Below are positions 55,692 to 64,000 of a stretch of DNA of 64,000 nt, piece after piece; position 1 is the stretch's first letter, and each line of letters starts with the position of its first letter. Both the position numbers and the translations under genes were made by a program. The stretch spans positions 79,015 to 143,014 of the forward strand of contig CAVQFR010000015.1 of assembly GCA_963711845.1 (NCBI GenBank), in the 5' to 3' direction. The DNA comes from an uncultured delta proteobacterium. GTDB taxonomy: Bacteria; Desulfobacterota; BSN033; UBA1163. The notes under the pieces were generated by a model. That model did not search any database. It saw nothing but the letters and a program-made list of their open reading frames with translations, and was not told where the DNA came from.

Positions 55692-56657
55692 TTACTTCAA
55701 CCCGCTCAGCACGGGGGCCAGGGCCTTTTTAATATATGAAATCACTCCTCTTGGGAAGAAGAGAACGACCGCAACCAACAAAAATCCATAAATGACCAGA
55801 TGCAACCCCTCATATCCAGCCTTGGCGAAGTACGACCGTGAAAGTTCTCCCAAAGGAGTGATCAAGAATGAACCGATCACAGGGCCGAGCACCGTTCCCA
55901 TGCCGCCGATGATCGGCCTGAGAACGATCTCAATGGAGAAGGCCATAGACATCATCGTCCCGGGATGAAGATAGTAGAGATAATTGGTATAGAAGACCCC
56001 GGCTAAGGAAGTCATAAAAGCGCTGATGAAGATGGCAACCATCTTATATTTAAATACATCGACTCCCAAACTTTCGGCAGCGTCTTCGTCCTCCCGCAAG
56101 GCCACCAAATATCTACCGATCTTCGATCGCTCCAGTAGTCGAACTACGATCATAGAAAAGATCACATATCCGAGGCCGATATAATAATAAGGAATGTTCT
56201 CCTTGAATTGGAACCCGGCGAAGGAGAACTGAGGGGTGATGAAGAGCCCCTGGAATGAACCGAAGACCTTTAAATGGAGGACGATCAACCTGCCAATTTC
56301 AGCAAAGGCAATGGTAAGAAGGACGAAGTAAACTCCTTTCATTCCAAAACGGAATCCGAAAAACCCGATCACTAAACCGATCAAGCCGGCTGCCATGCCT
56401 CCAATCCACATCCCTATCCAGGGGCTTAAACCCAGAGTTAGCGTCAAAAGAAACGTCACGTACGCACCGATACCGACGTAGAGGGAATGGCCCAAGGAGA
56501 TCACTCCTGTATATCCCGTCAGAATATTCCAGGACTGCCCCACATAAGCATAAAAAAAGATCATAATAAAAACACCCAAGGCATAGGAGCTTAAAAACTT
56601 CGGCAGCACGAGAAGAATGAGCAATCCGATGAAGAGGACAAGATAGAGTCTTTTCAT
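55692..56657 (-). CDS. livM: HAAT ABC transporter permease LivM type (locus C)
   Basis: 321-aa intact polytopic ORF with GYTGVISLGHSLYVGIGAY and ALREDEDAAESLGVD. Confidence 0.9.
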   Translation of the reverse strand: MKRLYLVLFIGLLILLVLPKFLSSYALGVFIMIFFYAYVGQSWNILTGYTGVISLGHSLYVGIGAYVTFLLTLTLGLSPWIGMWIGGMAAGLIGLVIGFFGFRFGMKGVYFVLLTIAFAEIGRLIVLHLKVFGSFQGLFITPQFSFAGFQFKENIPYYYIGLGYVIFSMIVVRLLERSKIGRYLVALREDEDAAESLGVDVFKYKMVAIFISAFMTSLAGVFYTNYLYYLHPGTMMSMAFSIEIVLRPIIGGMGTVLGPVIGSFLITPLGELSRSYFAKAGYEGLHLVIYGFLLVAVVLFFPRGVISYIKKALAPVLSGLK

Positions 56658-57565
56658 CCCCTCTTCCCTTCAAAGAGCCCCTGAGGCCTCAATATCATGA
56701 TGATGATGAGAATAAAGAAACTGACCACCTGCTTCATGGTGTGGGGAAATTCAAGATCTAACCCGATGCCACGAAAGATATTGGTGATCAACTCTGGTCC
56801 GATGGATTCAGCCACTCCGATGATCACTCCTCCCACCAAGGCACCCGTCAGACTTCCCATCCCACCCAAGATGACGATGATAAAAGAGATCAAAGTAAAA
56901 GGCGCCCCGATATGCGGGGAAAGAGGCATTAAAGGAACCAGAAGGCCTCCTGCCGCTCCGACGCAGGCTGTTCCGATTCCAAAACAGATGGCGTAGACCT
57001 TATTCACATCGGTTCCCACAAGAAGCGCACCCGTTCGATTATCCGCGGCAGCACGAATCGATTTTCCTGTGTCGGTCTTCTTTAAAAATAGAAGTACGAT
57101 GAGAGTAATGATGACGGCCAAGGAGAAAGCAAAAAGCCTGGGGACATCAATCATCAGATTGCCGAGAGACAGAGAACTGAGGGCAAACCGACTCTGGGGA
57201 CTGATATAGTCAGGCCCCCAGATGATCCTGGCGCTATTTTCAAAAACCATCGCCATCCCTACCAGCGGGAGAACCTGCATGGCCTCGGGACAGTCAAGGA
57301 TTCGATTGACGATGGTCCATTGAAGGAGATAACCGATGAAAAAAAGGATCACGGCACTGACTAAGAAAGAGAAGAAGGGATCCACTCCTGTCCAGAGCAG
57401 GATCGTGTAGGCCACATACATCCCCCAGACCATCATCTCGCCATGGGCGAAGTTGATGACCCGCATCACGCCAAAAATAAGGGAGAGGCCTAAAGCGATT
57501 AGGCTATAGACCCCTCCCAGAAGAAATCCACTGATTGCCAATTGAAAGAGAAGATCGAGGTTCAT
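56654..57565 (-). CDS. livH: HAAT ABC transporter permease LivH type (locus C)
   Basis: 303-aa intact ORF with GGVYSLIALGLSLIFGVMRVINFAHGE. Overlaps livM by 4 nt. Confidence 0.9.
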   Translation of the reverse strand: MNLDLLFQLAISGFLLGGVYSLIALGLSLIFGVMRVINFAHGEMMVWGMYVAYTILLWTGVDPFFSFLVSAVILFFIGYLLQWTIVNRILDCPEAMQVLPLVGMAMVFENSARIIWGPDYISPQSRFALSSLSLGNLMIDVPRLFAFSLAVIITLIVLLFLKKTDTGKSIRAAADNRTGALLVGTDVNKVYAICFGIGTACVGAAGGLLVPLMPLSPHIGAPFTLISFIIVILGGMGSLTGALVGGVIIGVAESIGPELITNIFRGIGLDLEFPHTMKQVVSFFILIIIMILRPQGLFEGKRG

Positions 57566-57574
57566 GTCCTCTTT

Positions 57575-58831
57575 CTACATCCCTCGTTCCCAGAGCTGTT
57601 TTGGCGTGGGATAGACGTATTTGGCTTCGGCCGCCTTCTGGGGCAGCACCACTTTGATGGAGCCGTCGAAGATCTGGACCATGGCCGAATCGGCATTGAC
57701 ATTATCGCCCCTTTGATCAAAAGTGACGGCTCCCCCAACCATTAAGTCCTGTTTCAAATAGGTCTTTCTCAAGGCAGCAACAATATTCTCCGGTTTTGTC
57801 GACTTGGCTCTCTCTAAGGCGTCCGCAATGACCATCACGCCTAAATAGGCATATCCTGAATTGGTATCGATATATTTGCCCGGATACTTTTTCGAGAACT
57901 CCGCGTTCACTTGTTTGTACATCTTTCCCACAGGGTTATACCAAGGCACATTATCCATGACATAGTCGGAAAGGGCCTTCATATCCCGAATGAATTCCGG
58001 TTCATACCATCCCGGACTTCCTGGACTGATAATCCCCTGGAGCTCCACCCTCTGTTTATACAGTTCCCGGATCATCAATTTAGCGTCTCCAGGCCTGGCC
58101 ACAGGAAAAAGAACGTCCGGTTTCAGCGATTTGATCTTTGAGACTTCCGCAGACAGATCCTGAATCCCAAGAGGATATTCGATATGGCCCAGCACCTCGA
58201 TGGGGAAATTTTTCTCCTTGAGGAACTTGAGGAAGGTGGCTCCTTGAACGCGACCGAAGAGATCTCCCGTGTTCGTCACAACCCCCCTGATCTTACTGAT
58301 GTTCTTCTCCTTCATCATCTGGCCCATATAGAGAAGCATGTTATTGGCGAAGTTGCTGGAAATGGCAAAACACCTGAAGGTATTTTTAAAGCCTTTTCGG
58401 GTAATATCATCAGCCGCCGCCACATCCATCACAAAGGGCACCCCTCTTTGTTCACAAAGCGTGGCAATCGTCATCGCATTACCGCTGAGAAATGGACCGA
58501 CTAGACAGACCGCTCCTTCTTTGATCAACCTCTCCGCTTCTGAACGAGCCACCTCTTCTTTGGCTTCGGTATCCGCTAACAAGAGTTTCAGTTTGGCCCC
58601 ACCCATTGATTTGATGCCCCCCTGGGCATTAATATTATCTACGGCTAACTGATTCCCCCTCCTCATCGAGATTCCGATATCGGAGATCACTCCTGTGACC
58701 GGCTGGATCGACCCGATTTTAATCTCTGGAGCCTGGGCGCGTAAAAAGGTTGGAAATCCGGAGACCGCTGTGGTAGCCCCCGCTACTGCAGAAACCTTAA
58801 GAAAAGTCCGACGATTCATTTTCCTCTTCAT
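57575..58831 (-). CDS. LivK-type substrate-binding protein with a twin-arginine-like signal (locus C)
   Basis: 418-aa ORF. The N-terminus MKRKMNRRTFLKVSAVAGATTAVSGFPTFLRAQA fits the S/T-R-R-x-F-L-K pattern. Confidence 0.85.
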   Translation of the reverse strand: MKRKMNRRTFLKVSAVAGATTAVSGFPTFLRAQAPEIKIGSIQPVTGVISDIGISMRRGNQLAVDNINAQGGIKSMGGAKLKLLLADTEAKEEVARSEAERLIKEGAVCLVGPFLSGNAMTIATLCEQRGVPFVMDVAAADDITRKGFKNTFRCFAISSNFANNMLLYMGQMMKEKNISKIRGVVTNTGDLFGRVQGATFLKFLKEKNFPIEVLGHIEYPLGIQDLSAEVSKIKSLKPDVLFPVARPGDAKLMIRELYKQRVELQGIISPGSPGWYEPEFIRDMKALSDYVMDNVPWYNPVGKMYKQVNAEFSKKYPGKYIDTNSGYAYLGVMVIADALERAKSTKPENIVAALRKTYLKQDLMVGGAVTFDQRGDNVNADSAMVQIFDGSIKVVLPQKAAEAKYVYPTPKQLWERGM

Positions 58832-58916
58832 ATCAACCCCTCCTTTTTAGGATTTATGTACTTCTTTCACCTGTTTGTGAATGGTCTATCTTCTCAAACT
58901 CCAAACCAATTGTCAA

Positions 58917-59066
58917 CTCTAATTAGAGTCTGTTTATAAATTGCCGCCTCAATCAGAATTGTCATTCCGGCGAAAGCCGGAATCCAGTCCTTTCAAGACC
59001 TTCTGGATGCCGGATCAAGTCCGGCATGACGGAAATGGCCGTTTATGGACAGACTCTAATTAGAAG
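58917..59066. mobile_element. MITE-like element of about 150 bp: inverted termini of about 24 nt around a REP hairpin core
   Basis: Left end CTCTAATTAGAGTCTGTTTATAAA (58917-58940). Right end TTTATGGACAGACTCTAATTAGAAG (59042-59066). The core holds TTCCGGC-gaaa-GCCGGAA and ATGCCGGA-tcaag-TCCGGCAT. No coding capacity. Confidence 0.45.
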
Positions 59067-59084
59067 CCCCAACCATTAATTTTC

Positions 59085-59112
59085 TTGACAAAAAAAATGA
59101 TTGTGGTAAATC
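59085..59112 (+). promoter_or_regulatory. Candidate sigma70 promoter with extended -10 (TTGACA-16 nt-TGgTAAATC) for Liv locus D
   Basis: TTGACA at 59085-59090 and TGG+TAAATC at 59104-59112, about 60 nt upstream of ATG 59171. Confidence 0.4.
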
Positions 59113-59170
59113 TTGACTAACCTTTTTAAACAACAAGATAAGTCAGGATGCCACAGGAAAGGAGGCTGTT

Positions 59171-60355
59171 ATGAAAAGGGCAATGATCGTAGGATTGGGT
59201 GTTGTTTTGTTGGGGTTTTTAGGTGTGTCTTTCTCATATGGAGCGAACACAATCAAAGTGGGGTTTGTAGACACCTATAGCGGACCGGCATCTATATACA
59301 CCTTCGACGTGGTCGATGCGTTTAAGATGGCCATCCAAGCCATCAATGCGAAGGGTGGAGTCTTGGGGAAAAAGATCGAATATACGACTCGGGACGAGAA
59401 GTTTAATCCCGCCACCGGTCTGGCCATGGCCAAGGAACTGGTGATGAAGGAGGAGGTCGACATCCTCGCAGGGACAATCAATAGCGCCACAACGCTTGCC
59501 GTATCCGACTTCGCCAAGAAGGAGAAGATCCCTTTCTTCTGCACATTCGCCAAGAGCGAAAAGATCACAGGGGAAATGGGACACCGCTACGTTTTCGGCG
59601 TCGCTGAGAATACGAGAATGATCGGTAAGGCCACTGCTTTCGGGATTGCCAAGAAGCCTTATACAAAGTTCTGGATGGCAGGTGAGGATTACGAATACGG
59701 TCACGCTGTCAACGATGCAGCCTGGAGATACATCAAGGCGATGAAGCCCACAGCTCAGCTCCTCGGCCAGACATGGTGGAAAGTTGGTGAAGCCGATATT
59801 GCACCCTACGTCGCGCCCATCCTTCAGGCAAAGCCTGATTGTTTGCTTATGGGAACAGGCGGGTCAGGAAACGCTAACTTCTTAAAACTCGTTAAGGCCA
59901 TGGACATTGCCAAACAGCTCGCGATCGTTCTGCATACCTCAATTGAGTTATCAAATTTGCAGGCCCTCGGCAAAGACGCCCCGGAAGGTGTATGGGGCAC
60001 TGTGAATTACCTGTACTACTATCCCGAGACTCCAGAAAACAAAGCCTTTGTGGAGGAGTTTAGAAAAATGTATAACAGGCCTCCCAAGGTTGGAGCCCTT
60101 TACGGTTATGCGGCGGCCCAGCTGATAGCCAAGGCCTATCAGAAGGCGGGTAAGGTTGACAAAGAGAAGTTCATCACTGCCATGGAAGGCCTCACCGTGG
60201 ACAGCCCTGTCGGCAAGCTGGAGATGCGGAAATGCGATCACCAACTCATGCTGCCGATGTTCTTCGGTGTTACGAAGGCCTCTCCTCAATACGATTACCT
60301 CATTGCAGACAACATTATGACCATAGCTGGCAAGGATTATCTTACCCACCTGTGA
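59171..60355 (+). CDS. LivK-type substrate-binding protein (locus D)
   Basis: 394-aa ORF with Sec signal MKRAMIVGLGVVLLGFLGVSFSYGA and a type I periplasmic binding fold by eye. Confidence 0.9.
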   Translation: MKRAMIVGLGVVLLGFLGVSFSYGANTIKVGFVDTYSGPASIYTFDVVDAFKMAIQAINAKGGVLGKKIEYTTRDEKFNPATGLAMAKELVMKEEVDILAGTINSATTLAVSDFAKKEKIPFFCTFAKSEKITGEMGHRYVFGVAENTRMIGKATAFGIAKKPYTKFWMAGEDYEYGHAVNDAAWRYIKAMKPTAQLLGQTWWKVGEADIAPYVAPILQAKPDCLLMGTGGSGNANFLKLVKAMDIAKQLAIVLHTSIELSNLQALGKDAPEGVWGTVNYLYYYPETPENKAFVEEFRKMYNRPPKVGALYGYAAAQLIAKAYQKAGKVDKEKFITAMEGLTVDSPVGKLEMRKCDHQLMLPMFFGVTKASPQYDYLIADNIMTIAGKDYLTHL

Positions 60356-60469
60356 CGAGATCATGAAGGTCAGAAAATAAGGTTTGCCTAAAAAACATGG
60401 CCTTGCATGCCCGGCAGGCACCCGCTTCGATGGGTATCTACCGGGCATGCCTTAATAAGGAGATTGACT

Positions 60470-61366
60470 TTGGATTTCATCTCGGCTTTTTGCTCACCAG
60501 GGGTGTTCTGCCAGATACTCTTGGGCTTAAGCAGAACCGTCATCCTTTTTATCGTTGCCTCCGGCCTGAGCCTCATTCTTGGTGTATTGAGAATTCCCAA
60601 CATTGCTCACGGTTCCCTTTACATGATCGGGGCTTTTATGGCCTACACCGTGTCCAGGGTGTTCGGCGGCGGGATCACGGGTTACTGGATGGCCATACTT
60701 CTGGCGCCTCTTGGCGTGGCCCTTGTCAGTTTCATCATCGAGCGCGGCATCTTCAGCCGGCTGTATGAAAGAGAACACATCATGCTCTTCTTGCTCACCT
60801 TCTCCTTTAGTCTGGTCTTCGGGGACCTGGTCAAGATGGTGTGGGGTGCGGAATACAGGTCTGTTTCCATGCCCAGTTTTTTTCAGGGATCGATTCCCAT
60901 CTTTGGTCTGCCCTTCCCTGTGTACAACTTTTTTCTCCTGCTGATGGGCCCCGTTGTGGCGATCGTGCTCTGGCTCATCGTGAACAAAACAAAAATGGGT
61001 AAGATATCGAGAGCGGCAGCAGTGGATAGAGAAATGGTCGGGGCAGTAGGAATCAATGTGAGTCTTGTCTTCTGTATCGTCTTTGTCATCGGCTGTTTCC
61101 TGGCAGGTCTTGGCGGCGCACTCGTTGCCCCCATTGTCAATGTGGTGTTGGGCATGGACCACACCCTGATCATGGAAGCCTTCCTCATTGTGATCATCGG
61201 CGGGTTGGGCAATATCTGGGGGGCTCTGCTCGGTTCACTTATTTTCGGTCTGACCCAGTCCCTGGGGATTCTCATCTGGCCTCAGTTTGGAATCGTCTTT
61301 CCTTACGCAGCCGTGGTCGTGGTTCTTAGTTTCAGACCCACAGGGCTGTTGAAGTCTACATGGTGA
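60470..61366 (+). CDS. livH: HAAT ABC transporter permease LivH type (locus D)
   Basis: The likely TTG start at 60470 lies 7 nt after AAGGAG. Contains IVASGLSLILGVLRIPNIAHGSLYMIGAF and AAAVDREMVGAVGIN. Confidence 0.85.
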   Translation: MDFISAFCSPGVFCQILLGLSRTVILFIVASGLSLILGVLRIPNIAHGSLYMIGAFMAYTVSRVFGGGITGYWMAILLAPLGVALVSFIIERGIFSRLYEREHIMLFLLTFSFSLVFGDLVKMVWGAEYRSVSMPSFFQGSIPIFGLPFPVYNFFLLLMGPVVAIVLWLIVNKTKMGKISRAAAVDREMVGAVGINVSLVFCIVFVIGCFLAGLGGALVAPIVNVVLGMDHTLIMEAFLIVIIGGLGNIWGALLGSLIFGLTQSLGILIWPQFGIVFPYAAVVVVLSFRPTGLLKSTW

Positions 61367-61382
61367 AAAGGAGTATGGGATA

Positions 61383-62324
61383 GTGGGCGGAAAGAAATCG
61401 ATCATCATCCTGCTTCTGTTAGCAGCCATACTGGCTTTCCTTCCCTTCGGCCTTCCACGATTTTATACCTATTTAACAGCCTTGATCGTCACCATGGGAT
61501 TGCTCTCGACGAGTCTCAACTTTGCACTCGGTTACGGGGGTATCTATCAGCTTCACCATGCGGTTTTCTATGGGACCGGGGCGTACGCGGCTGCCGTGAT
61601 GATCACAAAGCTCGGTTACAACCCATGGCTTGCCTTCATCCTCGGGCCCCTGGTGGCCGCTGCTCTCAGCTTGGTCATGGGCATCATCTGTATTCGCTTG
61701 TCAAAGCTGTACTTCGGGATGCTTCAGATCTCCTTGGGGTCGCTGGTCTGGGCAATCGTCTACCGGTGGTACAGTTTTACCGGCGGGGATGATGGTATCC
61801 ATGGTATTTCGGTTCCCTCGATGATTGGGTCATCCAAGGGGGCTTACTACTTTACGATGATTGTGGCGGGTCTCGCCATGTTTTTCATGTATCGGATACT
61901 CCATTCGCCCTTCGGGAGCACGCTCCAGGGAATCCGAGATAACGCCGTACGCAGTCAGGCGATTGGCGTTAACGTCAGACGCCACCAACTGACTGCCCTT
62001 GTCATGGCCGGTTTCTTTGCAGGGGTTGCTGGCGTTCTCTTTGTGGTGGTTGATAATTCGGTCTTCCCCGATATGCTGTTCTGGACACTCTCGTTGGAGA
62101 TCACGATTATGGCCCTCCTGGGCGGATGGTTTACCTTTCTCGGGCCCATGCTGGGGGCGGCGATTATTGTATTATTGCGTACCTTTGTCAGTGGGTATAC
62201 AGATTACTGGACATTGGTTCTTGGCATTGTCCTCATGTCAGTTATTCTTTTCTTGCCAGAGGGGGTCTTAGGCAAAGTTTTTGAAATTTGGAATAAGCTT
62301 ACTTTGGCAGAAAATAGGGGATAG
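61383..62324 (+). CDS. livM: HAAT ABC transporter permease LivM type (locus D)
   Basis: 313-aa ORF with a GTG start, GYGGIYQLHHAVFYGTGAY and GIRDNAVRSQAIGVN. Confidence 0.9.
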   Translation: MGGKKSIIILLLLAAILAFLPFGLPRFYTYLTALIVTMGLLSTSLNFALGYGGIYQLHHAVFYGTGAYAAAVMITKLGYNPWLAFILGPLVAAALSLVMGIICIRLSKLYFGMLQISLGSLVWAIVYRWYSFTGGDDGIHGISVPSMIGSSKGAYYFTMIVAGLAMFFMYRILHSPFGSTLQGIRDNAVRSQAIGVNVRRHQLTALVMAGFFAGVAGVLFVVVDNSVFPDMLFWTLSLEITIMALLGGWFTFLGPMLGAAIIVLLRTFVSGYTDYWTLVLGIVLMSVILFLPEGVLGKVFEIWNKLTLAENRG

Positions 62325-62330
62325 CGGCTT

Positions 62331-63080
62331 ATGTTAGAGGTCAGGGGTCTGAGCAAATCGTTCGGCGGCTTTTTGGCAGTAAACAAGGCAACCCTTGATG
62401 TGAGCAAAGGAGAAATCGTGGCTGTCATCGGTCCCAATGGGGCTGGGAAGACCACCCTCTTCAATCTGGTGACCGGAATACTCAAGCCGGATGAAGGCCA
62501 GGTCATTTTCAAGGGTGAGGAGATTACCGGACTCCCGGCTCATAAAACCTGCAAGAAGGGGATCACAAGATCTTTCCAGGTGGTCAACATATTTTCCAGG
62601 CTGACGGTCTTCGAAAACGTGCGCATCTCCGTGCTTTCCCAACAGGGGAAAACCTACCATTGGTTTACGCCTTCGCGAGAGTTTGTCAACGAAGAAACAG
62701 GCGAAATCCTCGAAAGCGTCGGCCTGATCAATAAGAAAGATAACGTGTGCGGTGCGCTCTCCCATGGAGACCAGAAAGTTCTCGAGATCGCCATCGCATT
62801 AGCGGGCAAGCCTGAACTCCTCATCCTCGACGAGCCAACCGCAGGGATGTCCCCTGAAGAAACCGCCCGATGTATCGACCTCATCAAACGGTTATCGCAG
62901 AACCTGGGACTGACCATTCTCTTCTGCGAGCACGACATGGAGCTGGTCTTCGCCATCGCCCGAAGAATCATGGTGATGGTGCGGGGTTCGACGATTGTTC
63001 AGGGGCTGCCGGACGAGGTACGGTGCAACCAGCAGGTGCAAGACGCTTACCTGGGCGGGGGTGACGTATGCTCAGTGTAA
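62331..63080 (+). CDS. livG: HAAT ABC transporter ATP-binding protein LivG type (locus D)
   Basis: Begins MLEVRGLSKSFGGFLAV, with GPNGAGKTT, LSHGDQKVLEIAIAL and LLILDEPTAGMSP. Confidence 0.9.
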   Translation: MLEVRGLSKSFGGFLAVNKATLDVSKGEIVAVIGPNGAGKTTLFNLVTGILKPDEGQVIFKGEEITGLPAHKTCKKGITRSFQVVNIFSRLTVFENVRISVLSQQGKTYHWFTPSREFVNEETGEILESVGLINKKDNVCGALSHGDQKVLEIAIALAGKPELLILDEPTAGMSPEETARCIDLIKRLSQNLGLTILFCEHDMELVFAIARRIMVMVRGSTIVQGLPDEVRCNQQVQDAYLGGGDVCSV

Positions 63081-63757
63081 ACAAGATCCACACCTATTAC
63101 GGTCTCAGCCACATCCTCTTTGACGTGTCCCTCACGGTCGCAAAGGGCGAGGTCGTCGGCCTGCTTGGCCGAAACGGGGCGGGGAAAAGCACCACCATGA
63201 GAAGCATCATGGGGCTCACCCCTCCCAAACAGGGCGCCATCCTTTTCAAGGGACAGGAGATTACGGGTAAGAAACCCTTTCTCCTCGTCCGTAAGGGGCT
63301 TGCTTTCGTGCCCGACGACAGGCGTATCTTTGCGGACCTCACGGTCGATGATAACCTGGAAATCCCATTCAGCCGGAACAACGAGTGGACCCGAGAACGC
63401 GTCTATGACCTCTTCCCCACTCTGGCTGAAATCAAGTCGCGCCGGGGAGGGAATCTGAGCGGCGGTGAGCAGCAGATGCTTACGATCGGCAGAGCATTGA
63501 TGAACAGCCCTGAACTTCTCCTGCTCGATGAGCCGACAGAAGGTCTGGCTCCCCTGATCGTAAGGGATCTTGAGCAACAGATCCTTAAGCTAAAGCAAGC
63601 CGAGATCAGCATTCTCCTCTCAGAACAGAATGTAAAGTCAGCCCTGAAATTGAGCAATCGGGTTTATGTGATCGATAATGGGCGTATCCGCTTTGGCGGG
63701 ACGGTGGCCGATTTTGAGGCAGATGAAGAAACAAAAAAGAAATATCTGATGGTATGA
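63068..63757 (+). CDS. livF: HAAT ABC transporter ATP-binding protein LivF type (locus D)
   Basis: Contains GRNGAGKSTT, LSGGEQQMLTIGRAL and LLLLDEPTEGLAP. Overlaps livG by 13 nt. Confidence 0.9.
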   Translation: MLSVNKIHTYYGLSHILFDVSLTVAKGEVVGLLGRNGAGKSTTMRSIMGLTPPKQGAILFKGQEITGKKPFLLVRKGLAFVPDDRRIFADLTVDDNLEIPFSRNNEWTRERVYDLFPTLAEIKSRRGGNLSGGEQQMLTIGRALMNSPELLLLDEPTEGLAPLIVRDLEQQILKLKQAEISILLSEQNVKSALKLSNRVYVIDNGRIRFGGTVADFEADEETKKKYLMV

Positions 63758-63770
63758 CCCCATAGGTTCA

Positions 63771-64000
<230 letters not shown>

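Overview
This 64 kb bacterial window has moderate GC by eye and looks like it comes from an anaerobe, probably a metagenome-assembled genome. That guess rests on the many intergenic REP-type word repeats and on assembly-like anomalies.

The 5' end carries housekeeping genes: ruvB, ruvA, ruvC, a yebC-family gene and tRNA-Val(CAC).

From about 4.3 kb onward the window is a dense organic-acid and fatty-acid catabolic region:
- four AMP-forming acyl-CoA synthetases
- four acyl-CoA dehydrogenases, including two about 590-aa FadE-type paralogues in inverted orientation
- three thiolases
- crotonase, Hbd, FadB-like, FadN-like and MaoC enzymes
- a FadH-like dienoyl-CoA reductase
- an NMO/FabK-like flavoenzyme
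- two 4-hydroxybutyryl-CoA dehydratase (AbfD) family proteins, one canonical and one divergent
- MerR and TetR regulators
- four complete Liv-type (HAAT family) ABC uptake loci, 20 genes in total

I found no phage, defence, CRISPR or transposase genes.

The most notable non-gene signals are:
1. About 19 small frameshifts. Nearly all are equivalent to +1 nt, and they concentrate at 33.2-42.9 kb.
2. A diverged 119-bp tandem duplication inside livH whose differences are mostly synonymous.
3. Long word-built hairpins, REP families and one MITE-like element, occupying a large share of the intergenic gaps I read.
4. A conserved ATTTTGCAAT leader motif in front of the fadE, fadA and fadE-paralogue genes, plus several operator-like palindromes.

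I cannot show that any undescribed system is present. The best candidates for follow-up are the divergent AbfD paralogue and the acyl-CoA-synthetase-linked Liv transporters.
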